A DNA stretch of 64,000 nucleotides from sequence record PQ287644.1, one strand, 5' to 3'. Both the position numbers and the translations under genes were made by a program. Under the pieces are notes generated by a model, which worked only from the letters and a program-made list of their open reading frames with translations, was not told the origin of the DNA and searched no databases. This document shows, one piece after another, positions 1 through 9,056 of this stretch; the first letter of the stretch is position 1, and every line of letters begins with the position of its first letter.

Positions 1-1056
1 AAGCCGTACGGCGAATGGATCCGTTCCAAAGAAGGACGTGAAATTCTTGGGAATAAATACTGGTCAGTAGGTGTAACCGCGGAAATCGACCTCTTCTCTC
101 ATTTCAAGACGACTCTTTACGGTGTTGAACTTGATCTCTTGGTCGACTCCTATTCTGAAGTTACGCTGGAAACCCCTGCTGACGTTCCTTTCCTTAACGT
201 CAGTAAGCGTAAGGGGAGTGCTGTGGTAGTCAACTCGGTGGTTAATCGTTGTGAGTTTGAAGGGGAGAATTGTCTTCTGAATGTCGAGGTTAACGACTGC
301 GCAGTTAACAACAGCAGCGTCGCTCGTACACGATCGATGGTGTTGCGACCAATCGACGAACTGATCGACTTCCCAAAAAGAGCGGATGTATTTAGACGAG
401 GGGTTGATCAACGCGCCCGGTACAACGACTGCCGTTTCATCGAATCCGAGATTAAAGATTCTCCCATCAATGGCAAGGGCTTAGTGAAAGAGTCGTATGT
501 GGATCGTACCCACATTACCGCTGGGAAGTTTGCCATCGTTAAATCGCATCTTACCACCACCACCCTCACCGCATCCATGCTGTCTCTCTCGAAAGCTTAC
601 CTTCATGGTTGTTACTTGAGCGTTTCTGAAACGCTGATCCTTCGCAACTTCACCCTCCGGAATAAGACGCTTTACATGAGGTCACTCTACGCGCCTAATA
701 AACTGGGTCTTACGGAGATCGAACTTCCGTTCCATCCTCAAAATCTTATTCTGCACCGCACCTCAAAAACACAGTATGTAATCTCCATCCGCTCGGGTGG
801 TTCGTCCGGCCTTGAACTGGGGAGCGACGTAACTTGGGAAGAACTCAGTGAAAAACTGGGTGAACTCTTGATAAAAACCCCGATGGTCAATAACGAGATC
901 TCTGAAGACGGACTCCTCTTCAAAAGCATCTTGAATTATGTCCTGAAGTCGGTGATTTCTCGGATGAAGATCATCAAGTTGATGGACGATGTGATGGCTG
1001 TTAACCGTAGTATCACATCAGATTTCGAGGATCCTGAGTCCGTCCCGTATTGTTAG
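1..1056 (+). CDS. Hypothetical protein, 5'-truncated by window edge; possible beta-solenoid region
   Basis: Frame of ORF 139..1056 is open back to base 1; S/N/C/V-rich short-period repeats; followed by a strong hairpin. Confidence 0.8.
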   Translation, partial: KPYGEWIRSKEGREILGNKYWSVGVTAEIDLFSHFKTTLYGVELDLLVDSYSEVTLETPADVPFLNVSKRKGSAVVVNSVVNRCEFEGENCLLNVEVNDCAVNNSSVARTRSMVLRPIDELIDFPKRADVFRRGVDQRARYNDCRFIESEIKDSPINGKGLVKESYVDRTHITAGKFAIVKSHLTTTTLTASMLSLSKAYLHGCYLSVSETLILRNFTLRNKTLYMRSLYAPNKLGLTEIELPFHPQNLILHRTSKTQYVISIRSGGSSGLELGSDVTWEELSEKLGELLIKTPMVNNEISEDGLLFKSILNYVLKSVISRMKIIKLMDDVMAVNRSITSDFEDPESVPYC

Positions 1057-1065
1057 TACACAACA

Positions 1066-1102
1066 CCTTACTCCCCAGGTAATCCTGGGGAGTGAGGGTT
1101 TA
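1066..1102 (+). terminator. Intrinsic terminator-like hairpin
   Basis: ccttactccccagg-taat-cctggggagtgagg followed by T-rich bases, just after the stop at 1056. Confidence 0.7.
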
Positions 1103-1136
1103 ATTGCCTACTTACCTGTAAAAGGGAGGTTAACGA

Positions 1137-1628
1137 ATGTCCAAAACAAAGAGGAATGACCGATATGTCATTTATACCGATGGGAGTGCGTTAGGGAATC
1201 CAGGTCCGGGCGGTTACGGTGTTTACGCTAAATACAAAGGGGAAGAATTCTCCCTGAGTAAAGGGTATTACAAAACCACTAACAACCGCCAAGAACTCAT
1301 GAGTGTGATTGCAGCGCTGGAAGAGTTCGGTCCTAATATCAAAGTGGACATCTTCACGGACTCCCAATACGTCATTAAGTGTGCTACTAAATGGATGAGA
1401 GGATGGATACGGAACAACTGGATGGGGTATAACTCTGGGCAACCGGTTAAGAACCGGGATCTGTTGGAAGTCCTCAATGAACTCTTGAAGAAGAATAAGG
1501 TAAAGTTCCATTGGGTTAAAGGTCACTCTGGGGATGAAGGGAATGAAAAGGCAGACCAATTAGCAAAGGATGCTGCCAATAATCCGGAAGCCCACGATAT
1601 GGAATACATGAAAGTCTTAGGGTTCTAA
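1137..1628 (+). CDS. rnhA: Ribonuclease HI (bacterial type)
   Basis: YTDGSALGNPGPGGYG, TTNNRQELM, FTDSQYV, FHWVKGHSGDEGNEKADQLA: all four catalytic acids and the His present; GGAGG RBS. Confidence 0.95.
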   Translation: MSKTKRNDRYVIYTDGSALGNPGPGGYGVYAKYKGEEFSLSKGYYKTTNNRQELMSVIAALEEFGPNIKVDIFTDSQYVIKCATKWMRGWIRNNWMGYNSGQPVKNRDLLEVLNELLKKNKVKFHWVKGHSGDEGNEKADQLAKDAANNPEAHDMEYMKVLGF

Positions 1629-1638
1629 TCAATCAACC

Positions 1639-2892
1639 GTGGAGATTAACACTATGAAAAGCTTTATTGATGTATCGGTAGTAGAAGATGGGGGCAAACA
1701 ATTCCTCTTCGGTATTACTGCGAATCAAAAGACGGGACGACCCGAAGTCGTAGGACATACCGATTCTGATTATTTCAGAGAGGGTGTTGGTCGTGTGTTT
1801 GAACAGCTTATCCGGGAAGAACAACGAAAGGAAGCTGATATTAAACTCCAGTTGGCCTTTATTAAGGCGGTCAAGGAACATCCCGGTAAACAACTGCAAC
1901 TCACGCTTTGCTACAGCGCAAATGGACCGTCAGCTGGAGAATTTTATTGGGTGGAGGATCGGCGTTATACGGCTGACGGGGTGTCCTTCCTATCGAATGC
2001 TCCGGTGTGTATCTATCATAAGAACTGTCTGGATGGTACCGCGGCGGCTTGGGCGGTAAGAAGTGCACTCCCCTTGGTTGAATTGGTGGCTATGAGCTAT
2101 CATGATGATCCGTACGAACTCTTTGGTTCGGGATTGGAGTATCTACAAGGGAAAACGATCTATTGTGTTGATTTCAGTTTTAAGAAAGCGGTTGTAGAAG
2201 CGATTGCTGATCTACAGGATACAGTCTTGATAATCTTGGATCATCACGAGAGTGCTCAACGGGAACTGGGTGAACTCGTCGTTGGTTATTCCGGGAAATC
2301 AACGCTGGGTGATCGGGTTGAGATTATCATCGATATGACACGTTCAGGCGCTAAGTTGACGTACGATTACTTCAACCCTCAACAACAGACGCCTCCGGGT
2401 ATTCTGGCGGTACAAGATCGGGATCTGTGGAAATGGGAGTACGAAGGCAGTAAGGAATGGACCGCGGCCGCCTTTGGGTATCCCCTCACCGTTGAGAGTT
2501 TCGATAAGCTGATTCATCGGGATTACCAAGACGTGGTGGAAGAAGGTCGTACTGTCCTTCGTAAGCAGGAATTGGATGTTGAGAAACTGCTCCCGAGTGC
2601 GCGGCCTTACACGTTGGAGGGGTACAACTGCTTGATTGTTAATGCCAGTTATTTCCACGCCAGTGATGTAGGGGATAAATTGAAGAGTCGAGACGGTATT
2701 GACTTTGTAGTCACTTACATGGATGGTAAGGATAGCCGGATCTTCTCTCTACGGGGTAAGGATAAAGTGAACCTAGCGGAAGTGGCTGAACGTTTTGGAG
2801 GAGGCGGTCACCCTAACGCAGCGGGGTTTTCACTCTCCTACGACGATCCCCGTTTCTCCCAGTCACACCTGTTACTGTATTCCGGTACTTAA
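1639..2892 (+). CDS. DHH/DHHA1-family phosphoesterase with extra N-terminal domain
   Basis: YHKNCLDG, VDFS, ILDHH, DRDLW and C-terminal FGGGGHPNAAGF motifs; about 115 extra N-terminal residues. Confidence 0.85.
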   Translation: MEINTMKSFIDVSVVEDGGKQFLFGITANQKTGRPEVVGHTDSDYFREGVGRVFEQLIREEQRKEADIKLQLAFIKAVKEHPGKQLQLTLCYSANGPSAGEFYWVEDRRYTADGVSFLSNAPVCIYHKNCLDGTAAAWAVRSALPLVELVAMSYHDDPYELFGSGLEYLQGKTIYCVDFSFKKAVVEAIADLQDTVLIILDHHESAQRELGELVVGYSGKSTLGDRVEIIIDMTRSGAKLTYDYFNPQQQTPPGILAVQDRDLWKWEYEGSKEWTAAAFGYPLTVESFDKLIHRDYQDVVEEGRTVLRKQELDVEKLLPSARPYTLEGYNCLIVNASYFHASDVGDKLKSRDGIDFVVTYMDGKDSRIFSLRGKDKVNLAEVAERFGGGGHPNAAGFSLSYDDPRFSQSHLLLYSGT

Positions 2893-3060
2893 ATGGACAC
2901 TCACACACTGTTCTTAATCATTGACCTGATAGGTAAATCCGTTTTTATTGGTGACTTAGTGACTCGCGTGGACGACCATCGACTTATGAAGTCTATCCGA
3001 TATTTGGAGAATCGGAAGGTGATTAAAACGGTTACGGTTACCCAATGTTTACGTAACTAA
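2893..3060 (+). CDS. Small hypothetical protein (55 aa)
   Basis: ATG abuts previous stop; MDTHTLFLIIDL...; fills the gap between two genes. Confidence 0.5.
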   Translation: MDTHTLFLIIDLIGKSVFIGDLVTRVDDHRLMKSIRYLENRKVIKTVTVTQCLRN

Positions 3061-3139
3061 CAGGTATTCCATTTGATGGGGGGTGGTTAGTATACAGGCT
3101 GACCACCCTGTTCTCTCTATTTTTTTCGGGATAAGTGGA

Positions 3140-3565
3140 ATGAATAATTACGGGTATGTGGATGTGTCCTTGGTAGGACCTGAAGTAGAGGAAATCTTTG
3201 GCTTGCTCTTGGAGTGTGGTATCGCACCGGCTGCGGAGTATAACCTGCATTGTACCCTGATGTACGATGAACAGGCAGAAGAACCGCTGGTAAAACTGAA
3301 TCCTGATGCGAAATTCACCGCCTACGTGACAGGGATTGATGTACTGGGAGATGGGTTGGTGTTTAACCTTACCAGCAAAGACCTCGCTGATGAACACCGT
3401 AGGTTGAAAGACGGTGGATATACCCATTCCTTTGATGCCTTCTTACCGCACATGTCTGTCACCTATGACTTCGATGAATACGACATGCTGAAAGTGAAGC
3501 AAGCGTTTGCAACCTGGGGTGGTCGACAACTCACCTTCAGTAAAGAATCGTTCGGAACCAAATAA
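3140..3565 (+). CDS. acb1: 2H phosphodiesterase, Acb1 / T4 gp57B-like (candidate anti-CBASS nuclease)
   Basis: Two HxT/S motifs (LHCTLMYD, PHMSVTYD); segment LVFNLTSKDLADEHRRLKDGGYTHSFDAFLPH resembles T4 57B as recalled; ATG 3140 chosen over GTG 3083. Confidence 0.75.
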   Translation: MNNYGYVDVSLVGPEVEEIFGLLLECGIAPAAEYNLHCTLMYDEQAEEPLVKLNPDAKFTAYVTGIDVLGDGLVFNLTSKDLADEHRRLKDGGYTHSFDAFLPHMSVTYDFDEYDMLKVKQAFATWGGRQLTFSKESFGTK

Positions 3566-3574
3566 GACCCGATA

Positions 3575-3604
3575 CTACCCCTACCCTTGACGGGGTAGGG
3601 GTAG
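3575..3604 (+). terminator. Terminator-like hairpin
   Basis: ctacccctaccc-ttgac-ggggtaggggtag after the stop at 3565. Confidence 0.6.
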
Positions 3605-3641
3605 GCTTAAGGGAGTAAAAAGTTAAGTTAAGGAATGAAAC

Positions 3642-3663
3642 AAACCTACATAATCAGGGTGAA
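3642..3663 (+). promoter_or_regulatory. Putative phage early promoter
   Basis: aaacctacataatcagggtgaa, one of 8 intergenic copies of a CCTA(C/T)ATNA motif. Confidence 0.7.
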
Positions 3664-3729
3664 TAGACAACGGGATTGTTTGCAGGTAAGTGACTTTCCC
3701 TTCTAAAGACAGAAAAAAGGGTTATCAAG

Positions 3730-4944
3730 ATGAGCGTGACTACTGACTTCAATGCCGCCCTGGCGAATGTCTTGAGTGACATCGGTGAAAAGACAGACCG
3801 TGAGGAGATCCTGTCGATCATCTACCACCACCTCTTCGACGAGACGCGTTTCAATAAATCAAAGCGTCCGTCTGCGCTGAAGAAGATCAACGAGGCAACT
3901 CGTTCCCGGTTTACGATGAACGACGTTCGTCACGCCGGTAAGAAACCGGAGAAGTTGATCGTAACGGATAAACTGTCCGGCCATGTTGACATCCCCGTCC
4001 GTGTGATGGGTGAAGTGAATGAACAGGCCTCGCAGGCAGAGACTGTTCCGGTAACCCCTACTGAAACTGATGCAATGACCCACCTGGAGAACACCATGAA
4101 AGAAGAAAACCAACCGCTCGCCCAACAACTCCTGGAACGATCCCAAGGTGCCCGCGCCGCCTATGAAGAACAGGCGGGGGCTTCCAGCTGGTCCGACAGC
4201 AATGACAGCGACGAGGTCGTCGAGGTACTGGGGGTGACCTTCAAGGCCGATAACATCCTGTCCTACACCATCGACGCCTGGCTGATCAACGGCGGTCTCC
4301 CGACTCACCTGAAGACCGAACTGGAAGAGCTCGTCAAGAGTCAAGACCACTCGTCCCCGGCGGGTGCGCTCCGTGCCTTCCTGGACGACCACCCCGAACT
4401 CAGCCAGGAGTTCATCAATCAGTACAGCAAGGCGGTAAAAGACATCAACGCCACCGGCGTGGAAGCTGAAAAGGCGCGCCGTGATGCGGCTAAAGCCCAA
4501 CGGCAAGCGCCGGGTACCTTCAAGGAACGTGTCGTTTACACCCTCCGGGGCGGTCGTGAAGAAGGCTTCGGTTCCGGCGCAGTGGCGGCCGCTGCGGCGA
4601 TCATCGGCGGCGGTGTCGAAATGGCGTCGCGTGGGAATGTGAGCATCGGTTCGGTTGTGGGTACGGGTCTGGGTGCAGCGGCCAGTTACTTCGCGGCTGA
4701 GAAGGCTGAAAGCCTCATGAAGAGCGAACCGGGTCGTTACATCGTGAGTGGTTCGATCGGTCTGATCCTGGGTGGGGCGGGTTCCAACCTCGGACGTACC
4801 ACTCAAGGCCTTCTGGGCTTCGGTCCTCAGCAGCCCCAAGGCGAGCCCGTAGCGGCGGTTTCCGTTCGGGAGCAGGTCACGGCGCAACCGGAACCGGTTC
4901 CTCAATCCCAGGGTATTCTGGCCACGGTAGCTGCCCTGTTCTAA
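3730..4944 (+). CDS. Hypothetical protein with glycine-rich hydrophobic C-terminal helices (putative membrane protein)
   Basis: 404 aa; strong C/G-ending codon bias; GxxxG-rich hydrophobic segments in last third. Confidence 0.85.
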   Translation: MSVTTDFNAALANVLSDIGEKTDREEILSIIYHHLFDETRFNKSKRPSALKKINEATRSRFTMNDVRHAGKKPEKLIVTDKLSGHVDIPVRVMGEVNEQASQAETVPVTPTETDAMTHLENTMKEENQPLAQQLLERSQGARAAYEEQAGASSWSDSNDSDEVVEVLGVTFKADNILSYTIDAWLINGGLPTHLKTELEELVKSQDHSSPAGALRAFLDDHPELSQEFINQYSKAVKDINATGVEAEKARRDAAKAQRQAPGTFKERVVYTLRGGREEGFGSGAVAAAAAIIGGGVEMASRGNVSIGSVVGTGLGAAASYFAAEKAESLMKSEPGRYIVSGSIGLILGGAGSNLGRTTQGLLGFGPQQPQGEPVAAVSVREQVTAQPEPVPQSQGILATVAALF

Positions 4945-4997
4945 GCAATACGGAATAACAGCGAACATGATTAAACTCAGTTAATCGACTGACGGTG

Positions 4998-5050
4998 CTC
5001 GACTACGAGGGGTTATTCCCTCGTAGTTGGGTATTCGTTCTCTATTTTTT
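4998..5050 (+). terminator. Intrinsic terminator
   Basis: ctcgactacgaggg/ccctcgtagttggg stem then T-rich tail. Confidence 0.65.
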
Positions 5051-5053
5051 AAT

Positions 5054-5076
5054 ACACCTACATCATTCTTGTGTAA
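5054..5076 (+). promoter_or_regulatory. Putative phage early promoter
   Basis: acacctacatcattcttgtgtaa, directly after a terminator. Confidence 0.6.
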
Positions 5077-5108
5077 TGAGAGTGTTTATTTTTGTTAGAG
5101 GTAAGGTT

Positions 5109-5429
5109 GTGAACACATCCTACACACCACATAAACCCCTCCAGTTCAGCCATCAGTTCTTCTACACCATGGGGTATAAGGCTGGGTACTACGGAGCTCC
5201 ACTCGAATTCAAGGATTACTCCTTGTCTTCGTGCCAATTCAATTGCCTCTACTTGGGGTATATCCACGGGTATTCTGAGAAGAGAAAGAAAGGGATTTGG
5301 AATTTCCTTAAGAATGTCTACCTTAAAGTGCGGTATGAAAGAACCCCTATCGGGGATTCCCAAGTCCAGTTTGAGAAGGACTACGGTCATATCCCCCAGA
5401 TTCGTTATCACCTTAATCCATCCGAATAA
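5109..5429 (+). CDS. Hypothetical protein
   Basis: ORF 4995..5429; GTG 5109 has a GAGG RBS and lies downstream of the promoter motif. Confidence 0.7.
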   Translation: MNTSYTPHKPLQFSHQFFYTMGYKAGYYGAPLEFKDYSLSSCQFNCLYLGYIHGYSEKRKKGIWNFLKNVYLKVRYERTPIGDSQVQFEKDYGHIPQIRYHLNPSE

Positions 5430-5435
5430 GCGAGG

Positions 5436-6041
5436 TTGATATTAATGGACATGTATGTCAACGATCCGACACTTCCTAACTTCGATCAAGAGATCCGGGC
5501 GCTCCAGTACCTTAAAGACCATTTTACCCGTAATCCCAAGAAGATGAAGAAGGTCTGCATGAGGATGTTGCCTGAACTCCCTGAGTTCATTCGGGACACC
5601 TTTATTAGCAACATTGTTCTGGGGAAAGATCCTATTCACTGGCTGGAACACGCATTCGCTGAAATGGACCAGTATCCTGTCTTAATGAAACAGTTCATTG
5701 AGGAAGGGAACCATGGGATGATCTTTGATAAGGGAACCCTCTATGGTTTCAGCCTGAAGACCAACCCGAAGTGGTTGAGTAACCAAGATGGGGAATGGGA
5801 CCCTGAGGAGGAACAGGCGATTATCGATCAGGCGCTGAATGCGTGGATGGTTAAGGAACGTCGTCGAAGCTTCCGGGGCCGTATTGTGCTCTTCCAAGAC
5901 TTTGGGTTCTCCGGGATTACATTCCTGGTCGATCATGCCTTTACGGATGAATACTGGGAAGAATGTCAGAAACAATGGGAACTGGAGGATAAACGCCAGT
6001 TGGATGAGGAACTCAGGACACTTCTCTCTAAGGCAGGTTAA
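5436..6041 (+). CDS. Hypothetical protein
   Basis: 201-aa ORF with GAGG RBS, tightly packed. Confidence 0.8.
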   Translation: MILMDMYVNDPTLPNFDQEIRALQYLKDHFTRNPKKMKKVCMRMLPELPEFIRDTFISNIVLGKDPIHWLEHAFAEMDQYPVLMKQFIEEGNHGMIFDKGTLYGFSLKTNPKWLSNQDGEWDPEEEQAIIDQALNAWMVKERRRSFRGRIVLFQDFGFSGITFLVDHAFTDEYWEECQKQWELEDKRQLDEELRTLLSKAG

Positions 6042-6042
6042 G

Positions 6043-6504
6043 ATGGCACACAGTAAAAAGGAATACGGGTTTATCCATCAGTTTCTGAATGAACCGGTTG
6101 AGGATCACCGGCCGCTGGAGGCTCACTATTTCCCTCAGGTGGATGAACCCACCATATTCCATTTGTTCCCAGTCCCTTCTCCCGCACCTCCGAAAACACT
6201 AATTTCGAATATATGGTGCTGGTGGCTCATTGACTCTCACCATCGGAAGATGGGGAAGTGTTTAACACAGCACGACATTTCGGAAATCTCTTTAAAAACG
6301 TATTGGGATGTTGTGTCGACAATAGAACGAAAAGAGCGTTTCTGGGAGATTCCTCCTCAAACAAAAACACCGTTACGATTTCTCAGCCAGGGTTGGGTTA
6401 TGTATATGTGTATCGAAGAAAACATGACCCCCAGGGAAGCGATGATTCTTGGTTATTCTCTACTGGATCTGAAGAATAAACGATGGGGATGCCATGAAAC
6501 CTAA
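6043..6504 (+). CDS. Hypothetical protein
   Basis: ATG 1 nt after previous stop, in frame of track ORF 5839..6504. Confidence 0.75.
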   Translation: MAHSKKEYGFIHQFLNEPVEDHRPLEAHYFPQVDEPTIFHLFPVPSPAPPKTLISNIWCWWLIDSHHRKMGKCLTQHDISEISLKTYWDVVSTIERKERFWEIPPQTKTPLRFLSQGWVMYMCIEENMTPREAMILGYSLLDLKNKRWGCHET

Positions 6505-6658
6505 AGTTGAACGCTCCAAGGTTCCCTATAACCCCTTCTTAACCTTTCCTGAATACCTTATCGCTACCGATGTGAAGTTACAGGTTAAAGTGTTTAAGAA
6601 GGAATTGGAACGGATTAAGGATGATCCCACCCACGAACTGAATACCTTGGTCCTGTAA
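6494..6658 (+). CDS. Small hypothetical protein (54 aa)
   Basis: MKPKVERSK...; overlaps previous stop; followed by terminator. Confidence 0.55.
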   Translation: MKPKVERSKVPYNPFLTFPEYLIATDVKLQVKVFKKELERIKDDPTHELNTLVL

Positions 6659-6660
6659 GA

Positions 6661-6717
6661 CTCCCCAACCACCCCACCCTGTAAAGGAGTTGGGGTGGTG
6701 AGTATTTATTTCTTTTT
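6661..6717 (+). terminator. Intrinsic terminator
   Basis: accacccca.../...tggggtggt stem followed by tatttatttcttttt. Confidence 0.65.
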
Positions 6718-6739
6718 AGTTTAAAACGTATTTATTCTC

Positions 6740-6761
6740 AAACCTACATTATTCATATGAA
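6740..6761 (+). promoter_or_regulatory. Putative phage early promoter
   Basis: aaacctacattattcatatgaa after terminator. Confidence 0.7.
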
Positions 6762-6803
6762 TGAGCAACATGATCATTGTTTAACCCAAAGGAGTAACAC
6801 CTC

Positions 6804-7208
6804 ATGATAGACCGTTCGTTGAAAACTGACCGAGACGATGAATGCACCGAGGGGCCGATCTCGCAGTTTGTCGACTACGTTACGAACAAAGACCATATAC
6901 GGAACCATGAGAAATACTTGATGAGTCGTTGTGAGCGTGGGACTGAATCGGGACTGGAGGCGTGGATTAAATTCCAGTACGTCTTCGGGAGAGCGTTCGG
7001 TGAAGGGTACATCGGGAATCTCAAGTTCAGGGTCTATTACGATTTCGATACAGGGTTCGAGTTGTTTTACGTTCCCTTTACGTCCGGTCTCCGTCTGGAA
7101 AGACGGGGGGAAACACCCATGGTGTTCAGCACGGACCCCAATCAACCGGGTAAAGAGAAGGAGTTCATCAAATTCCTGGTTGAACATCAGGCTGATCGTC
7201 AGAAATAA
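6804..7208 (+). CDS. Hypothetical protein
   Basis: 134 aa, AAGGAG RBS. Confidence 0.8.
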   Translation: MIDRSLKTDRDDECTEGPISQFVDYVTNKDHIRNHEKYLMSRCERGTESGLEAWIKFQYVFGRAFGEGYIGNLKFRVYYDFDTGFELFYVPFTSGLRLERRGETPMVFSTDPNQPGKEKEFIKFLVEHQADRQK

Positions 7209-7222
7209 GAACGGGTATTACG

Positions 7223-7531
7223 ATGACCAAATCCCCTGGGAGTCCTGAGGAAGAAGTCCCTATGATTCTTCCTAACGGAGAGTTCAATCCTAAATGGAGA
7301 ACGTGGTACGGTAACCAATACGGCCTGAAACCTAAGGAGGTCAGTTATCATCAGGTGGAACGGGTTAAGAAGATGCCTGAACCAGATCTGGTGACGAAGT
7401 CGGGTAAACTGAATCCTGTTTGGGTCACCTGGTACCGGATTATCAACAGGGTGACTACGCCCACCGCCCGCAATGCAGGGAAAGCGATTCTTGCCTTACG
7501 AGCTAAACAGACTAAGGGGGAAACAGCATGA
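7223..7531 (+). CDS. Hypothetical protein with duplicated G-x-x-NP-x-W-x-TWY motif
   Basis: NGEFNPKWRTWY and SGKLNPVWVTWY. Confidence 0.75.
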   Translation: MTKSPGSPEEEVPMILPNGEFNPKWRTWYGNQYGLKPKEVSYHQVERVKKMPEPDLVTKSGKLNPVWVTWYRIINRVTTPTARNAGKAILALRAKQTKGETA

Positions 7532-7737
7532 GCATACGACGTTCAATGAACCGTCCACCCGTAAGACCACTGGGTCTCCAGTTTGATCGGGAAGCGTTGT
7601 GGATGGCTCGTATCAGCTTCGTGATGACAATGGAGATAGGAACATCTCCCGGGGCTGGGTTCCTAGCTGCTGAGCGTCGGTTTGGTAAGGATGCCGTTGA
7701 ACTCACCACTCGTTTCCTCTCGGGTAATAAGAACTGA
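7528..7737 (+). CDS. Hypothetical protein
   Basis: ATGA overlap with upstream stop. Confidence 0.65.
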   Translation: MSIRRSMNRPPVRPLGLQFDREALWMARISFVMTMEIGTSPGAGFLAAERRFGKDAVELTTRFLSGNKN

Positions 7738-8017
7738 ATGTCAACTCTACGTGAAATAGCTGAATGGGTACGTGAGCAATCCTTAAAGACCCAGGAGAGT
7801 CAACAAAATGTCCCTGTTACGCCAATTCAAGAAATACCCGTTGCCAACGAGCTTCCGTCATACAGAAGTTCCGTGTTTCAATACGAAGATGCACGACTTA
7901 CCTCAAGTTAACGCTTCGTATGGGAAATCCCAAGTTACACAGTTCTTGCTCAGACGGGCACTGTTGAAGAAAACGAAGTAATGTTCTGAACTAAAGAGAA
8001 TAAGGAGTTCTGCGTTC

Positions 8018-8464
8018 ATGAAACACTTTATCTTTGCAATTCTGTTGTTCCCCATGGTAGCGTTCGGTGCGGTTAACCGTGAGAGCGCGCTCAACGGTCC
8101 TGAGACCTACACCTGTGAAGGGTACACTGACAACGTTGTTGATACCGTTGAGGGGAGTAATGAAATCATAACGGACAATCCCATCCAGTGGGAGAGGACC
8201 GTAGTGCTTCGAACGACTCGGGGATATGTAATCAAAGCGAATTCACTCTTCAAGGAAGATCAAATCCTGATGGTAGAACCTTTGATTACGAAGAAGGCGG
8301 ACTATGCCGACAATGACACCATCATGCTGTTTAAGAAGTTCAACGGTGTAGGAACTCCTTATTTCCTCCTCTTCGTTACTGATGATCCCACCGTCAGCAG
8401 TGAAGAGGAAGATGAGAACCCCATTGTCCGGATCGTCACCATAGCACCCTGTCGTGTGAATTAA
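8018..8464 (+). CDS. Putative exported protein (signal peptide, two Cys)
   Basis: MKHFIFAILLFPMVAFG signal-like N-terminus; AAGGAG RBS. Confidence 0.8.
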   Translation: MKHFIFAILLFPMVAFGAVNRESALNGPETYTCEGYTDNVVDTVEGSNEIITDNPIQWERTVVLRTTRGYVIKANSLFKEDQILMVEPLITKKADYADNDTIMLFKKFNGVGTPYFLLFVTDDPTVSSEEEDENPIVRIVTIAPCRVN

Positions 8465-8527
8465 CTTCCGGTGTAGAACAGGAGGGGCATCCCTCCTGTT
8501 CATCCGTATTAAGATAGGACACGCCCT

Positions 8528-9010
8528 ATGACAATTCGTTTAGACATTCTCCATCGGTTTCATCAGATTGAGGGGATACGGGAGACCATCATCGACTTCT
8601 CTACCCGACTGTTCGACTACGAGTTTGCCTTGTCGGGAATACCCGCCCACCTCAAAGACCAATACGAAGTCCCAAACTCGGCAAACGCTTATGATGAGCT
8701 CTTCGCGGATACGGATCTCTGTATTCTGGCCTTGGATGAGGATACGCCCATCGGGATGCTGCTGTCCGCCTACGAACGCCCCAATGACATCGAAGTCTTG
8801 TTTGTAGAAGAGAAGTACCGGAACAAGCACGTCGGTAAGGTTCTGGTTGAACAATTCCACCGCATCAAGCTGGGTCATCCGATCTTTGTCACCGTAATGG
8901 CGTGGAATCCCTCCGCGCGTCGCTTCTACGAACGGAATGGCTTTATCTTTAAGGAAGATAGTCAACATGGAGAACAGGCCTTAAAGGGTGTACGTTCTCT
9001 CCTGGATTAA
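8528..9010 (+). CDS. GNAT-family acetyltransferase
   Basis: IEVLFVEEKYRNKHVGKVLV (motif A) and WNPSARRFYERNGF (motif B). Confidence 0.85.
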   Translation: MTIRLDILHRFHQIEGIRETIIDFSTRLFDYEFALSGIPAHLKDQYEVPNSANAYDELFADTDLCILALDEDTPIGMLLSAYERPNDIEVLFVEEKYRNKHVGKVLVEQFHRIKLGHPIFVTVMAWNPSARRFYERNGFIFKEDSQHGEQALKGVRSLLD

Positions 9011-9056
9011 ACCCTTACTTCCTACTCACTTCCTAGCAACAATGTTGGAGTCTAAG

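Noticed and set aside
3859-4968. 369-aa antisense ORF, and similar long antisense ORFs at 12836..14065, 14846..15469 and 28372..29229
   Set aside because: They are shadows of strongly codon-biased sense genes, with no RBS or motif of their own
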